From: an uncultured Phycisphaerales bacterium
Lineage (GTDB): Bacteria; Planctomycetota; Phycisphaerae; Sedimentisphaerales; Anaerobacaceae
Direction: 5' to 3'
Length of the DNA: 64,000 nucleotides
Assembly (NCBI GenBank): GCA_963772725.1
Contig: CAVYYI010000003.1
Span: 64,001 to 128,000, forward strand
Shown here piece after piece: positions 20,111-29,223 of this stretch. Each line of letters begins with the position of its first letter. Position 1 is the stretch's first letter. The notes under the pieces are model-generated. The model was given only the letters and a program-made list of their open reading frames with translations. It ran no database searches and had not been told where the DNA came from. A program made the position numbers and the translations under genes.

Positions 20111-20278
20111 AATTCACCGGATAAACTGGTGCGAATCGTGAAGAATCGACCGCATCGCCGACCGGTCAACAATGGGAATTTTGTTCGATAGTATAGCTTG
20201 TTCTTTGAAAAAAGTATAAAAACTGGCCGTGGATTTTTTGTACCTATAAAAATCAGGCAGGAAGGAGCAACCTAAATC

Positions 20279-20318
20279 ATGTCCGCGACCATGTCCGATG
20301 TCCTCGCTAAAATGTCCG
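20279..20318 (+). repeat. Four ATGTCC(G) direct repeats near the right end of the element
   Basis: ATGTCCG at 20279, 20291 and 20312; ATGTCC at 20298. Confidence 0.6.
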
Positions 20319-20402
20319 CAGACTTTGGTTTTTAAGAGGTTTTGATTTGCATTTGAGAGCCATTTAAAAGGCTTTTAAACGCTTTTTATAGTTATGCCGC
20401 TT

Positions 20403-20586
20403 TCGGCCACTTTGAGTTAACTGAAAGGCACGTGTGCACGTTTTTGGCCATTTTATTAACAATACGATTGCCCGCCCTCGTTGTGCCTTAAAACCCCATT
20501 ATTGATGCCTTAAACCACGATTCCCCACCCAATCCCGACTTTTCCCGCTCAATGTTCGCTATGGCCATATACTAATATAGTTAACA
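20403..20586 (-). repeat. Right end of element: three spaced putative transposase-binding sites
   Basis: Minus strand TATTAGTATATGGCCA (terminal), TTAATAAAATGGCCA (20445-20459) and TTAACTCAAAGTGGCCG (20404-20420). Confidence 0.7.
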
Positions 20587-20712
20587 CCTGTTGTAAAAGA
20601 AGAACTTAAATGCTTAAAAAAGGGAAAAGGTATCAGGAATTTTTTTTGAAAATATCTCCACGCTGAAGTCGGAATTCCACAATTTTGCATTTTGATTTTT
20701 GAACTTTGAACT

Positions 20713-20741
20713 TTTCAAACCACCTCTCGGGCAGTTTGAAA
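20713..20741 (-). terminator. Hairpin immediately 3' of tRNA-Gly
   Basis: TTTCAAAC...GTTTGAAA inverted repeat. Confidence 0.45.
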
Positions 20742-20744
20742 GAA

Positions 20745-20815
20745 AGCGGGTGATGGGAATCGAACCCACATGGCCAGCTTGGAAGGCTGGCGCTTTACCA
20801 CTAAGCTACACCCGC
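20745..20815 (-). tRNA. tRNA-Gly(TCC), CCA not encoded
   Basis: GCGGGTG acceptor stem, TAGCTTAGTGGTAAAGC D-arm, CCAGC-CTTCCAA-GCTGG anticodon arm, GGTTCGATTCC. Confidence 0.97.
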
Positions 20816-20909
20816 ATTGTTAATTGATTATTGATTATTAACATCCCGTAATCTATAATCCATTAAACTTTCAAAATATTAAACAATTAATTTTAAGTAG
20901 TCAACAACT

Positions 20910-22205
20910 ATGTCAATAGCAGAATTAGCCGCGACGGCAAAATCGGCGTCGATTCCTCTGGCAGCCGCCGGGACAGATGTCAAGAACAACGCCCTGGTTG
21001 AAATCGCCGAATCTCTTACCTGCCGAACAGACGAGATTCTCGCGGCCAACCAGACTGATATAGAGGCCGCCGAAGAAAATAATCTTTCCGACCCGCTCAT
21101 CAAAAGGCTGAAATTCGACAAGGCTAAAATCGCCGACGTCATCGCCGGCATCCAAAGTCTCATCAAACTCGAAGACCCCGTCGGCAAAACTCTCACCGCC
21201 ACCGAACTCGATAAAGGCCTCGAACTTTACAAGGTAAGCTGCCCTATCGGCGTCATCGGTGTCATTTTCGAATCGAGACCCGACGCCCTCGTGCAAATCA
21301 GCACCCTGTGCCTCAAGAGCGGCAACGCCGTCCTTCTAAAAGGTGGCAGCGAAGCGCACCTGACAAACAAAATCCTCGCCGAAACAATCCTTGAGGCCTC
21401 TGAAAAGGCAGGCTTGCCTAAAGGATGGCTTCAACTGCTGCAAAGCCGTGCCGACGTTGAGGAAATGCTCTCCTGCGATAAACATATCGACCTGATTATT
21501 CCTCGCGGCTCAAACGAATTCGTCCGCTATATTATGAATAACACCAGTATCCCCGTCCTCGGCCACGCCGAAGGCATCTGTCACGTCTATGTTGACGCGC
21601 ACGCCGACATCGATATGGCTGTCAAAATCGCCGTGGACTCAAAATGTCAATACGTTGCCGTCTGCAACGCGACCGAAACGCTGCTCGTCAATGAGGCAAT
21701 CGCCGCTGACTTTCTGCCCAAAGCAAAAACAGCCTTCGAACAAAAAGGCGTCGAACTTCGCGGCTGCGAAAAAACTGCCTCAATAATAAAAGTAAAGCCC
21801 GCCTCCGAAAAAGACTGGGCCACAGAATATCTCGACTACATCCTCTCGATAAAAGTTGTCGCCGGCCTCGATGAAGCTATCGAACACATCAACCGTTACG
21901 GCTCACGACACACCGACTGCATCGTTACCGCCGACAAACAAAACGCTGTTAAGTTTATGAACCTCGTCGATTCCGCCGACGTCTTCTGGAATTGCAGCAC
22001 ACGTTTCAGTGACGGCTACCGTTACGGCCTCGGCGCAGAAGTTGGCATCAGCACAAACAAAATCCACGCCCGCGGCCCTGTAGGCCTCGAAGGACTGTTA
22101 ATCTATAAATGGAAACTAATCGGCTCAGGCCAAATCGTCGCCGATTACTCAAACGGCAAAAAAACCTTCACTCATAAAAAATTAAACAAAAACTGCGAAC
22201 TTTAA
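20910..22205 (+). CDS. proA: Gamma-glutamyl phosphate reductase
   Basis: IGVIFESRP, KSGNAVLLKGGSEA, VCNATETLL, GAEVGISTNKIHARGPVGL. Confidence 0.97.
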   Translation: MSIAELAATAKSASIPLAAAGTDVKNNALVEIAESLTCRTDEILAANQTDIEAAEENNLSDPLIKRLKFDKAKIADVIAGIQSLIKLEDPVGKTLTATELDKGLELYKVSCPIGVIGVIFESRPDALVQISTLCLKSGNAVLLKGGSEAHLTNKILAETILEASEKAGLPKGWLQLLQSRADVEEMLSCDKHIDLIIPRGSNEFVRYIMNNTSIPVLGHAEGICHVYVDAHADIDMAVKIAVDSKCQYVAVCNATETLLVNEAIAADFLPKAKTAFEQKGVELRGCEKTASIIKVKPASEKDWATEYLDYILSIKVVAGLDEAIEHINRYGSRHTDCIVTADKQNAVKFMNLVDSADVFWNCSTRFSDGYRYGLGAEVGISTNKIHARGPVGLEGLLIYKWKLIGSGQIVADYSNGKKTFTHKKLNKNCEL

Positions 22206-22209
22206 ACCG

Positions 22210-23317
22210 ATGCGAAACTTTTCTAACGTCAAAAAACTTGTTATAAAAATCGGCACAAACACCCTGACAAAAAAGGACTCCATCGAAATTGATGAATCCT
22301 ACTTCCGCCAAGTCGCCAAACAAATCGCCGCCCTATTGAAACAGAACGTACAAGTGCTTGTCGTCACTTCCGGCGCCATCGGTATGGGGGCAGGCCAATT
22401 AAAATTCACCGAAAGAGTAAAAGAAACCAAGATGCGCCAGGCCTGCGCCGCTATCGGCCAACCCTTATTAATGGCCGAATATAAAAAAGCCTTTGCACAT
22501 TTCGACACCACCGTCGCACAGGTTCTTTTGACCACCGAAGTGCTCAACAACAGAAAAACCTACCTCAATCTCAGAAACTCCATCGACACATTATTAAGAC
22601 TCGGCGTTGTCCCCATACTCAATGAAAACGACAGCGTCTCCACCGCGGAAATAGGCTCCGCTTTCGGCGACAACGACAAACTCAGCGCACTGGTCGCCAG
22701 CAAAATTGACGCAGACCTGCTGATTTTACTAAGTGACATCGATGCCCTTTACGACAAAGACCCCAGAAAATTCGCAGATGCCAAACCCATCCCAGCCGTT
22801 TTCGAAATAACTCCCGAAATTACAAAAAACGCCGGCGACAAAGGCAGCATCCACTCCACAGGCGGTATGAAAACTAAAATCGAGGCCGCCAAAATCGCCT
22901 CTCACGCAGGCTGCCGAATGGTACTGGCAAACGGCAAAACCGAAAACATCATCGGCAAAATCATGGCCGGCGAAAATGTCGGCACCGTCTTTCTCCCAAA
23001 ACGCAAACTAAGCAACCGCTCACGATGGATTCTAAACAGCACCCCCGCTGGCGTAATCGATATCGACGACGGAGCTTTACGCGCAATCGGAAACCACAAA
23101 AGCCTTCTGCCTAGCGGCATCACCGGAATTAAAGGCGCCTTCGACGCCGGCGACGTTGTTATGCTAAACGATACCGCAAAAGCCGTTACAAGCCTGAGCA
23201 GCAGCGCAGCTTAAAACCCTAGCTGGCAAACACAGCACCGAAATAAAAAAACTACTCGGCCCAGACCACAAGGATGTTGTCGCAATCCCCGAAGACATTG
23301 TCTTTATGGACTATTAG
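22210..23317 (+). CDS. proB: Glutamate 5-kinase; frameshift near 23205 within the PUA domain
   Basis: VIKIGT, VTSGAI, PILNENDSV, FGDNDKLS, TGGMKTK. Another frame continues QLKTLAGKHSTEIKKLLG...FMDY*. Confidence 0.95.
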
Positions 23318-23327
23318 TCATTGGATT

Positions 23328-24237
23328 ATGATAAATTTTAAGTGCATTTATTGCGGCCAAAAAGTAACAGCCAAAGACAATACCCGCGGCAAAAAAGGCA
23401 AATGCCCCAAGTGCAACCATCTCCTCGTTGTCCCAAAGACCACCCAAAATAGACCGGCAATAAATTCAGCTAATGATGCCCCCCATAGAGCCGCCAAGTC
23501 TCCCGGATATTCCCGAATTGGACAACACCCCGGAATGGCACAGAGAACCTAAGCTGTCCCCGGAACAATCAGAGGCCATGATAAAACTATACAAAGAAAA
23601 TTTCAGCTTTCTTGTCCCCGTTTATGATAAACTCTCGCTGCTTCTTATGGCCGTAACACTAGCATTGCTGTTTATTACAAACAGCCAATCGCGAATATGG
23701 ATACAAAAAGAAGACTTTGCACAGGATTATCTTTTTTTTGTTACAAACAAATCAATTGTCCTGCGGGTAATATTTGGGATTGTTCCAATATTTCTTTCCG
23801 CCCTGTTTGGCGAAATCTCGATCCGAAGAAAAAGGGTCGACTTCAAAAAAATGATTATGCTGTTTTTCGCTGTCTACACCAATGCAATTACCGCCATCGT
23901 CGCGGGAACTTATTGTTTAAAAAACGCATCCGTCTCCAACTGGCTTTTAGCCTTTCCGATATGGAATATAATCAATGGCTTTCTCCTGCTCATAATGTTT
24001 CGATGCGGAATTATCAATGAGGATTGTATAATCGAACGCAAGGTTAAGCTTTTCGAGGTTATTCTCAGCATGGCAGCCGTCCTTGTCATTTTCGTACTGT
24101 GTAACTACGTTTTCAAATTATACTGGGCAATTACATTCTCGATTTGCATAGTCTATTCCACAAGTTTCAATAAAGCCCTGCAAAGCGTCTTCCCCAGTCT
24201 GACATATTCACCAGCGGATAATAATAAACAGTGTTAA
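23328..24237 (+). CDS. Membrane protein with N-terminal zinc ribbon; frameshift near 23470
   Basis: MINFKCIYCG...KCPKCNH joined to the multi-TM ORF 23473-24237. Confidence 0.6.
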
Positions 24238-24346
24238 TCTGTGTCCAACTTTTGGTTATGGCCAAAGACCTCGTAGTGGTTATTCGTGTTCCCTTGTGGT
24301 TAAAAAAAGTATTTTTAACTCTGTGTTCTCGTGGCTAATTCTTAAT

Positions 24347-24647
24347 TCAGAAAAGCAGGTTCTGCATTTGCACCGCGCACTGCCGAAAGCCCCTCGATAT
24401 CATCAGCCGTAACCCAGCACTCGAAGCCCGCCAGTTTTGCGAAACTGGTCCCTTTAAATTTCCTGCCCTTTATTTCCGTAATAATTATCGGATGATTAGG
24501 CGGATAAAGCAGGTAATCGAAACTCTTTATCTTCGACTGACCCATCGCCGCTCTTTTCTGCTCATCGACCGTGATATACTGAACCTGGTTATCTATCAGC
24601 CAATTTCCGAACGCCTTTTCATAATGGTTGAGATGAAAATTCTTCAT
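24347..24647 (-). pseudogene. Internally deleted second copy of the HYExAFE gene
   Basis: Matches 28698-29213 at both ends; 301 vs 516 bp, i.e. 215 bp missing with a frameshift. Confidence 0.9.
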
Positions 24648-24686
24648 TCCGTCGCCAGACAGAACTTTTTTCGAATGAACCAGTTA

Positions 24687-25385
24687 CTACCCAATCATCA
24701 GACCTTCTATCCGCACCTGGACACCGTCTTTGCTTTTATTTATAAAGTTTATCAGGCCGCTGTGCCGCCATTGCAGCATACACCGATGAGGCATAAACCA
24801 GTATCTCATTCCTATTCTCAAATCTTTTTTCGTTTGTTTAACCAAACCTTCATAAGCTTCGGCGGTGTAATAGCCGATATCCTTATATCCTTTCGACCGC
24901 GGGGAAAGCGGGCCTGTTACACACCAGACAATGACGCCGTTACGGGGGTCAACGTTCATTACTATTCCGCAGTGAGTGATAGGACAGCCGCAGGACATCC
25001 CCATTGGCCGGCCGATGATTATGTCTCCTTTTGCTATTTCCAATTCTCTTGTCAACATAGGATTATGAGGGAGCATGGTTTCGCGCGGCCCAGGCTCATC
25101 CGGGAATGTTTCGAGGATAAAATCGAAATCCCGCCCGAGAGTATCTGTCCAGGTAATCGTGTCAGAACTTTGTACCATGCCTGAAGCACATGCACCGCAT
25201 GTACTTTTTTCGGCCTTTTGGCTTAGAGTGTTTTTATCCAGATGGATACACCGTTTAAGCTCATCCTGATTTTGTTCTGCGTATTTTAAGAAATCCTCAC
25301 ATGCCTTAAAACCGCACGAGCCGCAATTCAGTCCCGGCAATTCTATTTTTTTGTTTTCTTTTTCCTGCATCGGTTTATCCTCCAT
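24687..25385 (-). CDS. Fe-S binding protein (N-terminal FeS domain; COG2000-like)
   Basis: LPGLNCGSCGFKAC...KRC; conserved GRPMGMSCGCPITHCG and CMLQWRHSG. Confidence 0.8.
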   Translation of the reverse strand: MEDKPMQEKENKKIELPGLNCGSCGFKACEDFLKYAEQNQDELKRCIHLDKNTLSQKAEKSTCGACASGMVQSSDTITWTDTLGRDFDFILETFPDEPGPRETMLPHNPMLTRELEIAKGDIIIGRPMGMSCGCPITHCGIVMNVDPRNGVIVWCVTGPLSPRSKGYKDIGYYTAEAYEGLVKQTKKDLRIGMRYWFMPHRCMLQWRHSGLINFINKSKDGVQVRIEGLMIG

Positions 25386-26555
25386 AGGTTATAGACGATA
25401 TTTTGTTTAGACTGTGTAAGGCCTGCGGCAGTACCTCAAGAAAATAATCAACTTCTTCTTCGGTATTGTATCTGCCGAGGGTTATTCTCATTGCGCCGCG
25501 GGCCTGAACGGGGTTAAGGCCGATGGCGGTAAGTACATGAGACGGTTTATTTTCCGCTTCATTTGATGAACAGGCTGAACCTGTTGCTACTGCGATTCCC
25601 ATTTCATCAAGTTTCAGCAAAAGCCTGATGGCTTCTCCTTCAAAACCGTGAAAACCGAGATTTATGTTGTTTGGCAACCGTTTCGTAGGATGGCCGTTTA
25701 GATAGGCTTCCTGGATATTGTTAAGTACGAAGTTTTTTATCTTGTCTCTAAGATAGGTAAGCCTGCTTACTTCATAATCGAATTCATCGAAACATAATTC
25801 AGTGGCCTTGACGAAACCTGCAATGGCCGGTACATTTTCAGTAGATGACCTTAGACCACGCTCATGGCCGCCGCCGTGCTGCCAAGGCATGATTTTGACT
25901 CCCTCTCTAATAAATAGAGCCCCCGATCCCCTTTGGGCCATAAATTTTATGGGAATTTAAAGTTAGTAAATCTATTTGCTGTGCTCTAACATCGATAGGA
26001 ATCCGGGCAAAAGACTGACAGGCGTCAGTGTGAAAATAAATCCCGCATTTCCTGCAAATAGTTGCGATTTCTTCTATAGGCTCTATCGTCCCTATCTCAT
26101 TATTGGCGTGCATAATCGATACGAGTATTGTGTCTTTTCTTATCGCATTGTTTAATTCGTCAACATCAACAAAACCTTCCTTGTCCACAGATATGTAACT
26201 TATGTCAAATCCCTGGTTTTCCAGCCATTTGCAACTATTAAGGATACAATCGTGCCTCTATGGCTGATACAATTATGTGCATCCCTTTCTTTTTATTTTC
26301 AAATGCAATTCCTTTTAAGGCCATATTATTTGATTCCGTACCTCCAGAGGTAAAAACTATCTCCTGCGGTTTGGCTCTAATAAAAGAGGCGAGCGTGGCT
26401 CTTGCATTTTCAATAGCCTCTTTTGCTTGTCTGCCATAGAAGTGAAGGCTTGAGGCATTGCCAAAATACTCGGTCATAAATGGGAGCATTTCTTTCACGA
26501 CGCGAGTATCAACCTTTGTGCTTGCGCTATTATCCAGATAAATTCTTTTTTTCAA
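25375..26555 (-). CDS. iscS: Group I cysteine desulfurase (IscS/NifS); two frameshifts
   Basis: YLDNSAST, FTSGGTESNN, ANNEIG, HTDACQ, SHKIYGPKG, ATGSACSS, found over three ORFs. Confidence 0.9.
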
Positions 26556-26558
26556 AAA

Positions 26559-27266
26559 TTACTCTCCCCTGTAAAAGATGTCGCTTTCCAATGGCCTTAC
26601 AACGCCAAAGTGTTGTTTCCAGCCGATTTCTTTTTTGCCTACGCAGATAGTACATGTTCCGACAGGAGGGTTTCCACGCAGGTTGAGCGGATATTTAACA
26701 TCCTCGGAACAAAGTATTTTTTTTACAAGCGGGTCTATCCCAATTCCATGCAAGGCGTTGGTCTCAATAACAAATATGTTTGGAGCAGCTTCCTGAATGT
26801 GCGCCCTGAAAACTTCTCGTTCGGCCTGAGAAACCAAATCAATTTTCGTTATCACCGCAACATCAGACAGAGACAGCATCGGGCCTATTTTTCTCGGCAG
26901 GTTCATTCCGCCGGTTGACTCAAGCACAACAAATCCAAGGTTGTTCTCTATATATGGTGAGCATCGCAGGCAAAGTCCGGCAGTCTCAACCAGAAGGACA
27001 TGGGCATCTTGATTATTGGCCCAATCGACTGCATCGCCCAAAACCATAACGTTGCAATGGTCGGGACAAAGTTCGCCTGAGTAAACTGTTTTCGCCGGGA
27101 TGCCGAAATCGCGCTTAAATATTTCTTCTTCGTCGGCGAACTGAACGTCTATCTTTAAGTAGGCAGTTTTGTGCCCGCCGGCGACAAGCCTTTTAATTAC
27201 CTGTTTTAACACTGTGGTTTTTCCGCTGGTGGGCGGCCCTGCACAAATAACAACCTTCATTAGCAA
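26559..27266 (-). CDS. HypB/UreG-like (G3E) GTPase
   Basis: GPPTSGKT, LCPDH, VETAGLCLRCSP, ITKID, CTICVG. Confidence 0.85.
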   Translation of the reverse strand: MLMKVVICAGPPTSGKTTVLKQVIKRLVAGGHKTAYLKIDVQFADEEEIFKRDFGIPAKTVYSGELCPDHCNVMVLGDAVDWANNQDAHVLLVETAGLCLRCSPYIENNLGFVVLESTGGMNLPRKIGPMLSLSDVAVITKIDLVSQAEREVFRAHIQEAAPNIFVIETNALHGIGIDPLVKKILCSEDVKYPLNLRGNPPVGTCTICVGKKEIGWKQHFGVVRPLESDIFYRGE

Positions 27267-27273
27267 TCTCCTT

Positions 27274-28077
27274 CTAACTTATATAACCTAATGACCTTAG
27301 CCTCTCTTCGAGTTCTGTCATCTTCACGGTTCTTCCTTCTCTTATATGGGCTCTAAAGGTAAGCAGAAGGTCATCGAGTTTTTTTATCTCTTCTGCCACC
27401 AGTTTTTCCTCGCCTTCTGTTATAATCACTTTCTGCATAACCCCGTTTTTCATCACAATTCTTAAATCTGAAAGAAGGGCAATTCTCGGGTCGTGGGTTA
27501 CAAAGATAAAGATTTTTTCATACTTTTTAAGCAATTCCAGGGCTTTTGTCCTGTGAATACCGGCATTTTCAATCTCATCTAAAAGAATAATCGGCGAATT
27601 TCCTATTACCACAGCATCGGCAATAAGAAGTGCGCAAGTCTGGCCACCCGACAATTCGGTCATTGCACTTTCTCTTATGATGGGTTCGCCTGTGAGCTGA
27701 TTTGCAAAAGCAAGCGTTTCTTCAACTATGGTTTCGCTGTTCGCAGATTTTCTTATCTTCGCATGAGTTTCTAAAAATCTGAAAACAGGCATATCCGAAA
27801 GGAAATTAGTATGTTGAGTAATTAATGCTGTTGGGTTTTTGGATGGGTCAAACATGAATTCGTCCGATACAACAGCATCATTGATAAGAACTTTCCTTTT
27901 TGACGGAGTATTCTCATTTGCAAAAAGTTCTATATCGTTGATGAATGTAGTTTTTCCACAACCGGTGGGTCCTACGATGCTTATTATATCACCCATCCTG
28001 AAACTTACCTGCTCAACAGGCTCTTTTTCCCCGTTTTTACCGTGGCCGCCGATTACTGTTATTTTTTTTATATCCAT
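27274..28077 (-). CDS. Stand-alone ABC-type ATPase
   Basis: GPTGCGKT, LSGGQ, ILLDEIENAG, VTHD; no adjacent permease. Confidence 0.88.
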   Translation of the reverse strand: MDIKKITVIGGHGKNGEKEPVEQVSFRMGDIISIVGPTGCGKTTFINDIELFANENTPSKRKVLINDAVVSDEFMFDPSKNPTALITQHTNFLSDMPVFRFLETHAKIRKSANSETIVEETLAFANQLTGEPIIRESAMTELSGGQTCALLIADAVVIGNSPIILLDEIENAGIHRTKALELLKKYEKIFIFVTHDPRIALLSDLRIVMKNGVMQKVIITEGEEKLVAEEIKKLDDLLLTFRAHIREGRTVKMTELEERLRSLGYIS

Positions 28078-28095
28078 TATGCCACCATTCCTTTT

Positions 28096-28120
28096 AAAGT
28101 ATAGTAATTAAGTATACTAT
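28096..28120. promoter_or_regulatory. Putative Rrf2 operator 2
   Basis: AAAGTATAGTAATTAAGTATACTAT, an imperfect palindrome closely matching 28606-28630. Confidence 0.7.
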
Positions 28121-28151
28121 TTAATACAAGAAAATATTCCTGATTCAAGTG

Positions 28152-28589
28152 TTATTTCTTTCCACGTTTAGCCATTACTTTTATTCTGCGGCAAACATCT
28201 TCAAGGGTGATATTATCCAATATTTCAGCGACAGCATTTCTTACATCCAGCATAATACTGCGTAATCCGCAGGATTTTTCCCTTCGGCACCGAACATAAG
28301 CGGTTTTACTTACACAACTTAAAGGTGCCAATGGCCCATCTATTAAACGTACGATTTCTCCAACACTAATGTATTTAGGCGCTTTTTTCAGAGAGTAACC
28401 ACCTCCTACACCTCTTTTGCTCTGCAGGAAGCCTGAATTTTTAAGAAGCAGCAAAATCTGCTCGAGGAATTTCTCAGGTATAGCTTCGGTGCGGGAGATA
28501 TCATGTATGTGCCGCACCTCCTGGTCGTAATACATGGCCAGATCTATCATTGCCTGTAAGGCATATTCGCCTTTTTTAGAAATTTTCAT
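28152..28589 (-). CDS. Rrf2 family regulator (IscR/CymR-like, three Cys)
   Basis: KGEYAL, FLEQIL, SKRGVGGGY, C-x8-C-x5-C. Confidence 0.93.
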   Translation of the reverse strand: MKISKKGEYALQAMIDLAMYYDQEVRHIHDISRTEAIPEKFLEQILLLLKNSGFLQSKRGVGGGYSLKKAPKYISVGEIVRLIDGPLAPLSCVSKTAYVRCRREKSCGLRSIMLDVRNAVAEILDNITLEDVCRRIKVMAKRGKK

Positions 28590-28605
28590 ACAAAGTCTGC
28601 TGCCT

Positions 28606-28657
28606 AAAGTATATCAAACTTATAGACTATTATACCTGTCGCTTACCGCATTGTCAA
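28606..28657 (-). promoter_or_regulatory. Consensus sigma70 promoter with overlapping Rrf2 operator 1
   Basis: TTGACA (28652-28657), 17 nt, TATAAT (28629-28634); palindrome AAAGTATATCAAACTTATAGACTAT at 28606-28630. Confidence 0.8.
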
Positions 28658-28697
28658 GAGTTTTTGTTTATTTTCTCAAAATTGTCGTTTGATTCCG

Positions 28698-29213
28698 TTA
28701 AAATAGCAGGTTCTGCATCTGCACCGCGCACTGCCGGAAATTCTCTGCGGGCAGCGTTACCGTCCGCCATTTCGGACTGCGAAGCTTCATAAACTTCCGA
28801 TAATCGCTGAGCATAACGCAGAAAAATATATACTTGCCCCCGTTAAAATCATAGACCTCTCTCCCGTCAAAATCTACATCTACATTTTCAACCCGGTAAG
28901 CAAAAACAAATGCCGCGCTATGGGTCGGCCCAAAAACCTTCTGCCATTGCGAAAGCCCGTCGATATCATCCGCCGTAACCCAGCACTCAAAGCCCGCCAG
29001 TTTCGCGAAACTGGTTCCTTTGAATTTCCTGCCCTTTATTTCCGTGATAATTATCGGCTGATTAGGCGGATAAAGCAGGTAATCGAAACTCTTTATCTTT
29101 GACTGACCCATCGCCGCTCTTTTCTGTTCATCAACCGCGATATATTGAACCTGGTTATCTATCAGCCAGTTTCCGAAGGCCTTCTCATAATGGTTGAGAT
29201 GAAAATTCTTCAT
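28698..29213 (-). CDS. HYExAFE family protein (PD-(D/E)xK nuclease-like)
   Basis: NHYEKAFG, KSFDY, TEIKGRKF, WVTADDIDGL, RSPKWRT. Confidence 0.85.
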   Translation of the reverse strand: MKNFHLNHYEKAFGNWLIDNQVQYIAVDEQKRAAMGQSKIKSFDYLLYPPNQPIIITEIKGRKFKGTSFAKLAGFECWVTADDIDGLSQWQKVFGPTHSAAFVFAYRVENVDVDFDGREVYDFNGGKYIFFCVMLSDYRKFMKLRSPKWRTVTLPAENFRQCAVQMQNLLF

Positions 29214-29223
29214 TCCGCCCCCA

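Larger units (their letters stand above)
4030..20586. mobile_element. Defective Mu-type transposable prophage (internally deleted or rearranged) with both ends intact
   Basis: Target duplication CCTGT at 4025-4029 and 20587-20591. Ends read TGTTGACT... and (reverse complement) TGTTAACT..., both with TGGCCA at nt 20-25. Cargo is tail genes, glycosyltransferases and Dam. Confidence 0.85.

Noticed and set aside
4030..20586. CRISPR-associated or Tn7-like transposon
   Set aside because: The ends resemble TnsB-type ends, but no tns/tniQ/cas genes or repeat-spacer array are present and the cargo is virion genes
20745..20815. tRNA-Gly as an integrase attachment site for the phage region
   Set aside because: No duplicated tRNA 3' end was found near 4000-4200 and there is no integrase; the 5-bp duplication and TG...CA ends explain the boundaries
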